Part shown: positions 47,296-55,660 of the stretch, one piece after another | How the letters are laid out: the number at the start of each line of letters is the position of its first letter | Position numbering within the stretch: the stretch's first letter is position 1 | NCBI GenBank assembly: GCA_029249445.1 | Contig: JAQWHI010000012.1 | Span: forward strand, 1,061 to 65,060 | DNA: 64,000 nucleotides | DNA from: Crocinitomicaceae bacterium | Lineage (GTDB): Bacteria > Bacteroidota > Bacteroidia > Flavobacteriales_D > Crocinitomicaceae | Direction of reading: 5' to 3' | Position numbers and translations under genes: made by a program | The notes under the pieces: generated by a model | The model's input: the letters and a program-made list of their open reading frames with translations, nothing else | The model's database searches: none | What the model was told of the DNA's origin: nothing

Positions 47296-50200
47296 TCTAC
47301 TTTCGTGAATTTGATCAAGGCACTTTTCCCAGATGCATTTGTTATTTTTACGCAGTACATCCCTTTTGAATAATACGAAGTGTTTATGTTAACTTCTGAA
47401 CTATTCAGATTGTTCATTATCTGCTGCGTTCGACCGACCATGTCTAAAACTTCTATGTTTCGAATTTCAAACGAAGTACGAATTGTAATTTGGTCTTTCG
47501 CTGGGTTTGGAAAAAGAGTAAGTGTTCCAGGAACGATTTCCTCGATTCCAGCCGCATTATAGTAGTATGGATCCGATGTGGATGTACATCCATTTGTATA
47601 GGTTACAACAACAACATATTCTCCATTTTCAGATGTTGGCTGAGTAGGGTTGTTACTATTAATTATTTCAATACCATCAATAAACCATTCATAAGATGCG
47701 CCAGTTGATGCAGTTGATAATTCGCCATTAGCAAATACGATAGTTGGTTGTGGTGCATTTTGAACCGTGATCGTCTCAATTGGAGAGGTACAGGCAATGC
47801 TGTTTCCATAAACAAAGTGTGAAGATTCGTTACCACCATCAATATAGGTAACTCCATTAGGACCATCCAGCTGACTGATGTTCTCAATAGATGCAGGAAC
47901 TAAATTTCCGAGTTGGCTTTGATTGTTTCTTCCTGCTCCCCATATTGAGCCATCATTCTTTCGGTAGAGTGTATGATAAGCTCCAGCTTTTGCACTTGCG
48001 ACTCCATCGATTCCGAAAAGCTGGATAGGTGACACTCTATTGATGAAATCTCCAGTTCCCAATTGACCGAAAGTATTCGTTCCCGTTGCGTATGCCTTGT
48101 TGTTGTTTGTAACAAAAACGGTATGTGCATTCCCTCCAGAGATAGATCGCACATCACTCAGTGGAGAAAGAGTTGGTGACAAGCGATTGTTAAGGTCATT
48201 CATGCCGAGTTGTCCTTGGCTGTTGTTTCCCCAAACGTATAAATTTCCGCCAGTATCAATTGCCATGCTATGGAAGGCTCCTGCTCCAAGCACTGAAATA
48301 TTCGTAAGCCCTGGAACCTGAACAAAGGTGCTTAACGAGGCAAGATTTCCTAAACCAAGTTGTCCAAAGTCATTGTTTCCTACTGCCCAAACAGTGCCGT
48401 CATTCTTCAGGGCAATGACATGACTATTACCCGCGACTACTTCTACAATATCCGAGATACCACCAATTAGTGCAGGCGAATTTGATACAATTGTAGTTCC
48501 TGTTCCCAGCTGACCCGAACCGTTTCCTCCCCATGCAAATAGATTCCCTGTTGCATCTATGGCAACGGTGAAATCGTGTCCTGCGGCTACATCAACAATT
48601 GCAGGGACAGCAGTCACAAGTGCTGGTACATTTGAGCTTGTAAAGTTGCTTAGCCCCAATTGACCGGAAGCATTCTCACCCCATAGATAGAGCTCATTTG
48701 AGTTCGTAAGGCCTGCAGTGTGACTACCACCGGAAACAATTTTAGCAATACCTGTTATCCCAACTGCAGGCGATGGCGTGTCATTGTCAAGATTGGTGTT
48801 GTTCCCGAATTCACCGTTTGCATTGTATCCAACTGACCAAACCTCCCCGAAGCCACCGTTTGTAATTTCTAATGTGTAGTCTCCAGATGTCACAACAGTG
48901 TATGATGTATCTGTAGCTCCGACTATTGGAGTGCCATCAACATACCATTGGTTACCGTTTTTACTGTTTGAAACTAAAATTGTTGAATCACCTTCACAAA
49001 TGACATTGCTTGTGAATACGTCAATTGCAGGAGCATCAAAAACTTGAACAATTCCGGTTTCATCAAAGGTTTGGGTACATCCCGTTATGTTCGAATACCC
49101 TATAGATGCAATTGCGTCTCCGTCCGTTAATCCAGATAGGTTGTATGTGGAAGTTGGTGACTGAACGGCTTGCGATATTCCGTTCACAAATACTTCATAT
49201 TCATCTGCTCCTGTCAGGTTTAGCGTAAGAACATCACCATCGCAAATCATGTAAGAAGGGGTAACGTTTGCTGTCAAATTCATGGTATTGACTGTAAAAG
49301 TCATCACTTGAGGTGCGTCTGATGGACATTCTCCATTGAAACCTGTGAGGGTTACTGTTTGTCCATCTTCCAATTGATCTGTACTAAAAATAGCACCACC
49401 AATTCCTACTGGCAAGCCGTCAATTTCGAATTGATAGCTCATTGCTCCTGATCCTATGAAGTCTACATTTTCATCTGCACATATAATGAAGTCAATATCT
49501 GAACTTACCAAACTAACAGAGGGGTATTGGAAAACAGTATATTGAACCGATTCAGGAGCAGCTGAAATACATGTATTGGTCATACCTTCAACTGTAACGA
49601 TGTCGCCATTTGAAAGCAAACTGTTAAAGTTTGGATTTGGACTGAATGTTCCTTGCGGAGCGCCGTTAATATAGAACAGGTAGTCTGTTGCTCCAAACGC
49701 AGAAATTGAACTAAGTGAATCTATACATAGTGTTGTGTCTCCATTGTTTGTCAAACCAACAACTGGAGAACTTACAACTGTAAATGTTGTTCCTCCTGGT
49801 TCATAGGAACAACCGTTATTTGAAGTTCCCAGAACGCTTACTATTTGACCGTTTGTTAATGAGTCTGTGATGTAGATATTTGTCGCGGAAGCCGGTCCAA
49901 CAGAGAATCCATTTACGAAGAACTCCCAGAGGTCTCCTCCGATAGCTGTAAATGTCACAGTTTGATTGTCACACAAAAGGTTGTCTGCATCATCATCTGT
50001 AAGTGTTACTGCAGGTGTCTGATTTACCGTCATGGTAATTTGAGGATTGTTTTGTGAATTACATCCATTCAGAGAAGTTCCTACCAATGAAACAACATCA
50101 CCATCGTTCAGTGTATTCGAAGAGAAAACATTATTTACTCCCGCTCCTTGTGTTGTTCCGTTAATAAAATATTCGTAGATAGCTGCTCCGGATCCTGTAA

Positions 50201-53200
50201 AGATGGCTGTTTCACCAGAGCAAAAGGTATTGTTTCCGGAAAAGGTTACAATAGGTTTCGTCAATACAGTCAAATTCATATTGTCTGTGTCTGTGCATCC
50301 ATTTGATGTAACCTCAACGCTTAAAATATAGCTTCCTTGCCCCAGTGAGATCCCATTGAAGGTGTTTGTCGGTGATGGTGCTCCTTGTGATATACCATTC
50401 ACAAAGAACTCGTAATTTGTTCCCTGTGTCGCGGTGAAAATTTGAGAGGTTCCTTCACAGAAAAGAGCTGCTCCTCCTGTTATTGAAGCTGTAGGGTTTG
50501 GATTTACAGTCATTGAAATGGTATCTAATCCAGGGTTTGCACATCCTTGATTGTAGCCTTGAACAGTTATGACGTCACCATCGTTTAGGGCGTTAGTGTT
50601 AAATATGTTGTTATTCGATGGCAGTCCTTGTGGAGTTCCATTCACATAGAATTGAAACTGCTGTGCATTTGCAGATATTGCTGTGAAATTAGCCATATCT
50701 TGATTGCAAATTACAACAGAAGAACTGGTTAAGTTTGTTGTCGGAAGTTCTATTATGTCAATAACAACTTCTGATGAAGTTGAAGAACATAGGTTTGAAA
50801 GGTTGGTCGCAACGACTGTAATTGTATCAGAGCCAACAGGCAAAGAATTTGTTAGCCATGGGCCTGTTCCTGAAAATTGCAATATACCATTGAGGTAGTA
50901 ATCATAAGTGTCTCCGTCTGTTGCTGTAAAAGTAAAGTCCGTTTCCTCGCACGAAGGATTGCCAGAAGGAGATGGCAACAAGGATGGGTTTGGCGCAACA
51001 TTTACAGTAAATGTAGTACCTGTTGTAAATGTACATCCCATTAAATTGGTTTCAACAGAGACATTTCCTCCGTTTGAAAGAGTTGAAGTGCTGAAGGTGC
51101 TATCTCCTGATGGTGGGCCTTGGGACAAACCATTTACAAAGAATTCATAGCTTGTTGCAATTGAATTGTTTGCCTCAAAATCAACTTGTTGACCAAAACA
51201 AATTGTGTTTAATGGAAAGTTCGAATTTAATACAGTTGTTGGAGTAGGGGTAACTTCCATTGAAATTGGACTTGAAGTTCCAATACAGCCCCCGTTTTCT
51301 CCATTTACAGTAATGACATCACCATCTGCAAATGAACTTGATGAGATAAATGGTGTTGGTGACAATGGACCCATCGGGGACCCATTGACAAAGAATTGGT
51401 ACTGCAATGCAAAATTACTTTGAATGGTAACTTCCGTTCCCTCACAAATTGAGGAATCGCTTATTTGTTGGTCAGGGGTCGGAAGTGGAGTAACGGAATA
51501 CGTAATTGAATTTGATGGAGCCGATATACATCCTGCACCACTTTGGGCAATTACATACAAATTATCCCCATTAACAATCCCTGTAGTATCCCATACATTT
51601 GATGCAGATGAATTTTCTATGGCTCCATTTACATAGAATTCGAAGTTTGTACCTATCGTAGAATTTGCAGTTAACGTTACTAGGTCTCCAGCACAAATAG
51701 AAGATGCTCCTGTCTGTGTCAATGTGACTGTAGGAAGTGCATTTACAACCATTGTAATCACATTCGAGGTGTCTTGACAGCCTGTTGTGCTGTTTTTCCC
51801 GATTGCATATACTTGATCACCGTTTGATAAACTTGATGTAACAAAAGGACTTGAAGAAAAGGCAGTCATATCTACTCCATTGACAAAGTATTTGTAAAGA
51901 TTCGCATTTGAACCGGTAAATGTTACCGATGTGCCCTCACAAATTGTAGCTGCTGTAGCCGATATTGTTGGAGTTACCGCAGCGTATGCGCTGAAATAGA
52001 TGGTGTCACTTACGAATAAACACCCGTTCATGTCAACTTGTACTGTTATTGAATCATTGTTTGATAGTGTAGAAATGTTTAGAGTATCTCCTGTCAAATT
52101 CGCAGACCATGGAGTAACTGGACTTCCATTGATAGAGAATTGATAGGATACAGATGACGAATCAGAAGAGGCATAAAGTCCAACCGATTCTTCCAAGCAT
52201 GCAGATCCTGAATAAGAAGTAGTCAGGTATGCATCTGGACCTATAATAGAGACTGCTGTTGTATCAGAGTCACTACACTCATTCGCAAATATGGAGGTTA
52301 AGACCAATTCATAGACACCTGGACTGGAATAATAGTGTTGTGTTGTATCTCCTTGATATAATGTTCCGTCACCGAAATCCCACGATTCTGAAAGAAGTCC
52401 AACTTGTCCTTGAAAGGCGGATGATGCATTTGAGAATGAGAGGGTATCTCCAAAGCAACTATTAGAAAGGGTGCCGATATTTGCAGATGTAGAGACATCT
52501 GTGTAGAAGTTCCATTTTGTTGCATTATTACCTCCTTGATCTGTAGAGAAATAAGTTCCAAAATTAACGCTTGAGCTATTGATATCTGCATCTTTTACGT
52601 TTAGACATTGTGCGCGCAGAGAGTCGTTTGCTAGTCCCAGAACATAGGGCGTTCCAGGTACAGATGAGCTCAAAAAAATGGAGTCAGTACAGGTTCCGTT
52701 CATTTCAAAATAGGAAACCACATTTAGTGAGTCACCAGCAGTAATTTTTAATTCAGAACCTGCATGAACTGTAAGTGAATCAAATCCAAGATTACCACTC
52801 ACTTCAGATTTATTTCTTGGTACAAGTGTCAGTTCAACAGCATTAAAATCATGGTTGTTGCCTAAGAAGAAATTAACACCAGCGAGATTTTTGTAATCGA
52901 CGTTGATGTGCGATGTTCCTGCGTCAAGAAAGGATGCGCCAGCGGCATAATCGACAAATCCAAAAGTTAGTTCAATATCAGAATCTCCCAAGTACAATTC
53001 AGAAGGTGTTTGGGAAGAGGTGATTACAATTGTTCCTGTTTTAATATCGTTTCCATTGGTTGTTACAACTCCTCCATATATCGTAATAGTGTTGAGGTCA
53101 CCATTATTTAGTGCACTTGATAGCGACAATGAATCGTTTAATGTTTTCGAGACAAAATCAATTGGAACGTTAACAAGGGCAGCATTTGGATCAAAATCCG

Positions 53201-55655
53201 AGTTGTAATTTAAAGGGGAAAAATTCATTCGTTCCTCCGCCCCCGTTCGTTCTATGGATAGAAACGGGTTTAAAGTGACATCACCCGCAGCATTTAGGTT
53301 GTGTTTTAAATTTAGTTGTACAGAGTCCGTTTGCGTTACCTCCCATATCATTACATTGAAGTATGCTTCTTTATCAACGGATACTACTTGATTCATTCCG
53401 GAGAATGAGTTACCATCAAAAATTACAGTATCTCCGTATGATGGAACACATGAGACATCAGGAGTGCCTCCTGATCCTGTAGACCAATTTCCAATATCCG
53501 ACCAATTTCCGCTGTTTCCAACCCAATAGTATGTACCAGATGTTGTTGAGCCTGTTAAAGTCCAACCAGTTGATCCGTTAACGAGAATACTATTTGCCGC
53601 AATATATTCCGGTTCGGTTGGCAGTTCGGCACTTACATTGTCTATAATTGCTGAACTAATGTTAATTGTCCCAGCCCAAGCTGAGGTCGTATCGTGAACA
53701 AGATAGGCTGATTGTAAACTTGCTGTTTTTGCTTTTATAACAATTAAAGAATCACAAGATGCTGAAGCATTCAGAGATTCAAATACATGTTTAGAACCGT
53801 TTTTCACAATGAATGTGTTCCCAGCTTTAATATCCAACAAGTTATAGTTGATGGAGTCAACATCTACGAACAACGAATGGTTATTTGTTATACGAACAAC
53901 ATCTAAATTTTCCGTTCCAGGAACAAAAGTTAACAGGTTATCCGAAGAATTGGAGAATATAATTTCAGAAGGAGATAGGGAGTAAGTCCCAAGTAATGTC
54001 GCATCTACGTTGTATGTTTCTCCGGTAATTTCTATTGTTGCATTGGTAAAATTAATATTTCGTGCGCTTAGGGTGTCATCCGAATAGAAAGATCCTAAGG
54101 TAAGTTGTTGACTATTTGCGTCTAGCGTTCCCGACACATGTCTTATGTGTTGAAGATTGGTATATGTATCCGAGAAAGACAGAGTGCCATTTCCCGAAGT
54201 TAAGAACTCATTGTTCCAAGTTGCTCCATTGGAAGTGATATTTGACAGTGTTATGTTTGAACATTTAATGATTCCTGGCCAATCAAATTGTAGACCGCTA
54301 TTTCCAATTAAGTCTTTTCGAAACTCCAAAGTATCTGAATCTCCGGAAATCACAAGCGAACTGCTGAGTCCTGAAAAGTCGAGTGAAGCAATGGTTATTC
54401 TTTCGAACAAAAACAATGAGTCCAGACCTGAAGCAGCATCAAAATACACAGTATCGTTTTCAGTTGGAATGCAGTTCAAAGAGGGCCCTCCAGATGTTGC
54501 CGACCAATGTGCTGGGTCATAAAAGTGACCGTTTCCACCGATCCAGAAAAAGTTTTCTGCTGCTGTCGCATCTGTAGTTATATTCCACCCAGTATTCCCT
54601 CCGTCATCGAACACATTTACAGCATTATAACTTGCACCTGTCGTCTGTGCATCAACATTCTCAAGGCGGTAATAAGAGAGGTTCCAAATACTGTTGTTAT
54701 TGTTTACCGCTGACGTGTTGTTCTCCCCTTTTAATTCAATGTAGTTGTCACAATTCCCATCGATGTTAAAGTTTGGTGTTTTCAGGGTTGTATTTGCTGC
54801 TAATCCAATGTGCGTTGCGTTTGATGATGATATTGTTTCAAAATAAGCGCTTGTAAAAAATCGTGTACGTGAATTTTGTAAATTCAATTGCCCCCAGTTC
54901 GAACTTAGATCTTCTGTTCCAATTCCAAGGTCATTTGTAGCGCTTGAATTTGTAATGTTGAACACTTGATTGGTGCCGGTTTTAGTCAATTGATTTGCCC
55001 GTAAGTAAAGCGTTGTGTCTGCATTTCCAGTTAGGTTGAACGTGGTATTGTTACAGTTAAGTGTTCGGCTAAGGGCAAAGTCTGAGCGGAAAAAAGCGGC
55101 CGTAATTGTGCGATCATCAACAAATAACCCACCCTGGTAGAAATAAATACCACCTGATGTTGTTAGGGCATCTGTTACTGTGAGAGTATCTCCGGTTGTT
55201 TCTATGACAATATCATTGGAATGAGAATGTCCTGCTGATACAATTGAGTCATTGTCTCCGCCTTGAAATATGAGTTTTCCAGAATAGTTGTAAGTCATAT
55301 TCGGATTCAGAACAAAGTTTCCTCGAATTGTTAGCGAGTCATTTGTTGATGCTCCTGAAAAAACAGGGTTATTTGTGGCGTTTTGCCAGTACAAGTCTTT
55401 CACGGTTGCGGCACCGACATCGAAGGTTACAGTTTGGTTTGGGCTGTCAAAAGAGTTATTGTCAAATATAACAACATCACTAGCTCCAGGAGGATTTGAA
55501 TATACCGTATTCGGGCCATTTGAATAATTTGTCCAATGTGATACATCTGACCAATCTCCGGATCCGCCCACCCAATAATAAGTTTGTGCATCGGCAGTAT
55601 TATTTGCAATTATACAAAAGAGAAAAAATAGTATTAGAAAAAGTTGTTTCATCAT
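47292..55655 (-). CDS. 2787-aa T9SS type A CTD giant surface protein: three ~340-aa N-terminal modules, PKD, 14 Ig-like repeats, seven-blade RCC1 propeller
   Basis: The ORF is uninterrupted. It has a signal peptide (MMKQLFLILFFLFCIIANNTADAQ), a WDFGDGT PKD motif, repeats, RCC1 motifs and a C-terminal LTLFPNPAKDQITI...KGMYCVKITN sorting domain. Confidence 0.9.
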   Translation of the reverse strand: MMKQLFLILFFLFCIIANNTADAQTYYWVGGSGDWSDVSHWTNYSNGPNTVYSNPPGASDVVIFDNNSFDSPNQTVTFDVGAATVKDLYWQNATNNPVFSGASTNDSLTIRGNFVLNPNMTYNYSGKLIFQGGDNDSIVSAGHSHSNDIVIETTGDTLTVTDALTTSGGIYFYQGGLFVDDRTITAAFFRSDFALSRTLNCNNTTFNLTGNADTTLYLRANQLTKTGTNQVFNITNSSATNDLGIGTEDLSSNWGQLNLQNSRTRFFTSAYFETISSSNATHIGLAANTTLKTPNFNIDGNCDNYIELKGENNTSAVNNNNSIWNLSYYRLENVDAQTTGASYNAVNVFDDGGNTGWNITTDATAAENFFWIGGNGHFYDPAHWSATSGGPSLNCIPTENDTVYFDAASGLDSLFLFERITIASLDFSGLSSSLVISGDSDTLEFRKDLIGNSGLQFDWPGIIKCSNITLSNITSNGATWNNEFLTSGNGTLSFSDTYTNLQHIRHVSGTLDANSQQLTLGSFYSDDTLSARNINFTNATIEITGETYNVDATLLGTYSLSPSEIIFSNSSDNLLTFVPGTENLDVVRITNNHSLFVDVDSINYNLLDIKAGNTFIVKNGSKHVFESLNASASCDSLIVIKAKTASLQSAYLVHDTTSAWAGTINISSAIIDNVSAELPTEPEYIAANSILVNGSTGWTLTGSTTSGTYYWVGNSGNWSDIGNWSTGSGGTPDVSCVPSYGDTVIFDGNSFSGMNQVVSVDKEAYFNVMIWEVTQTDSVQLNLKHNLNAAGDVTLNPFLSIERTGAEERMNFSPLNYNSDFDPNAALVNVPIDFVSKTLNDSLSLSSALNNGDLNTITIYGGVVTTNGNDIKTGTIVITSSQTPSELYLGDSDIELTFGFVDYAAGASFLDAGTSHINVDYKNLAGVNFFLGNNHDFNAVELTLVPRNKSEVSGNLGFDSLTVHAGSELKITAGDSLNVVSYFEMNGTCTDSIFLSSSVPGTPYVLGLANDSLRAQCLNVKDADINSSSVNFGTYFSTDQGGNNATKWNFYTDVSTSANIGTLSNSCFGDTLSFSNASSAFQGQVGLLSESWDFGDGTLYQGDTTQHYYSSPGVYELVLTSIFANECSDSDTTAVSIIGPDAYLTTSYSGSACLEESVGLYASSDSSSVSYQFSINGSPVTPWSANLTGDTLNISTLSNNDSITVQVDMNGCLFVSDTIYFSAYAAVTPTISATAATICEGTSVTFTGSNANLYKYFVNGVDMTAFSSSPFVTSSLSNGDQVYAIGKNSTTGCQDTSNVITMVVNALPTVTLTQTGASSICAGDLVTLTANSTIGTNFEFYVNGAIENSSASNVWDTTGIVNGDNLYVIAQSGAGCISAPSNSITYSVTPLPTPDQQISDSSICEGTEVTIQSNFALQYQFFVNGSPMGPLSPTPFISSSSFADGDVITVNGENGGCIGTSSPISMEVTPTPTTVLNSNFPLNTICFGQQVDFEANNSIATSYEFFVNGLSQGPPSGDSTFSTSTLSNGGNVSVETNLMGCTFTTGTTFTVNVAPNPSLLPSPSGNPSCEETDFTFTATDGDTYDYYLNGILQFSGTGPWLTNSLPVGSDTITVVATNLSNLCSSTSSEVVIDIIELPTTNLTSSSVVICNQDMANFTAISANAQQFQFYVNGTPQGLPSNNNIFNTNALNDGDVITVQGYNQGCANPGLDTISMTVNPNPTASITGGAALFCEGTSQIFTATQGTNYEFFVNGISQGAPSPTNTFNGISLGQGSYILSVEVTSNGCTDTDNMNLTVLTKPIVTFSGNNTFCSGETAIFTGSGAAIYEYFINGTTQGAGVNNVFSSNTLNDGDVVSLVGTSLNGCNSQNNPQITMTVNQTPAVTLTDDDADNLLCDNQTVTFTAIGGDLWEFFVNGFSVGPASATNIYITDSLTNGQIVSVLGTSNNGCSYEPGGTTFTVVSSPVVGLTNNGDTTLCIDSLSSISAFGATDYLFYINGAPQGTFSPNPNFNSLLSNGDIVTVEGMTNTCISAAPESVQYTVFQYPSVSLVSSDIDFIICADENVDFIGSGAMSYQFEIDGLPVGIGGAIFSTDQLEDGQTVTLTGFNGECPSDAPQVMTFTVNTMNLTANVTPSYMICDGDVLTLNLTGADEYEVFVNGISQAVQSPTSTYNLSGLTDGDAIASIGYSNITGCTQTFDETGIVQVFDAPAIDVFTSNVICEGDSTILVSNSKNGNQWYVDGTPIVGATDTSYTVVTSGDYTLEITNGGFGEVWSVGYNANGEFGNNTNLDNDTPSPAVGITGIAKIVSGGSHTAGLTNSNELYLWGENASGQLGLSNFTSSNVPALVTAVPAIVDVAAGHDFTVAIDATGNLFAWGGNGSGQLGTGTTIVSNSPALIGGISDIVEVVAGNSHVIALKNDGTVWAVGNNDFGQLGLGNLASLSTFVQVPGLTNISVLGAGAFHSMAIDTGGNLYVWGNNSQGQLGMNDLNNRLSPTLSPLSDVRSISGGNAHTVFVTNNNKAYATGTNTFGQLGTGDFINRVSPIQLFGIDGVASAKAGAYHTLYRKNDGSIWGAGRNNQSQLGNLVPASIENISQLDGPNGVTYIDGGNESSHFVYGNSIACTSPIETITVQNAPQPTIVFANGELSTASTGASYEWFIDGIEIINSNNPTQPTSENGEYVVVVTYTNGCTSTSDPYYYNAAGIEEIVPGTLTLFPNPAKDQITIRTSFEIRNIEVLDMVGRTQQIMNNLNSSEVNINTSYYSKGMYCVKITNASGKSALIKFTKVD
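47820..48842 (-). repeat. RCC1-like beta-propeller region (about 7 blades) inside the giant ORF
   Basis: There are seven recurrences of the pattern h-h-G-x-N-x-x-GQLG...h-x-x-h-A-G-x-x-H-(T/S)-h-A-h. Examples are WGENASGQLG, WGGNGSGQLGTG, VGNNDFGQLGLG, WGNNSQGQLG, TGTNTFGQLGTG and AGRNNQSQLG. Residues 2272-2612. Confidence 0.85.
48861..52223 (-). repeat. 14 in-frame tandem Ig-like repeats, period ~82 aa (~246 nt)
   Basis: The motif C-x-G-x-x-h-x-h-x-A...Y-(E/Q)-(F/Y)-(F/Y)-(V/I)-N-G......L-x-(N/D)-G-D-x-(V/I)-x-V......GC recurs. The first Cys falls at residues 1152, 1239, 1321, 1403, 1486, 1569, 1650, 1733, 1812, 1895, 1977, 2059, 2138 and 2220. Confidence 0.85.
52506..55583 (-). repeat. three paralogous ~340-aa modules at the N-terminus of the giant ORF
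   Basis: The modules open with TYYWVGGSGDWSDVSHWT (res 25), NFFWIGGNGHFYDPAHWSATSGGPS (res 368) and TYYWVGNSGNWSDIGNWSTGSGGTP (res 708). They close with ...GGNTGWNIT, ...GSTGWTLTG and ...GGNNATKWNFY respectively. Confidence 0.75.
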
Positions 55656-55660
55656 TTTTA

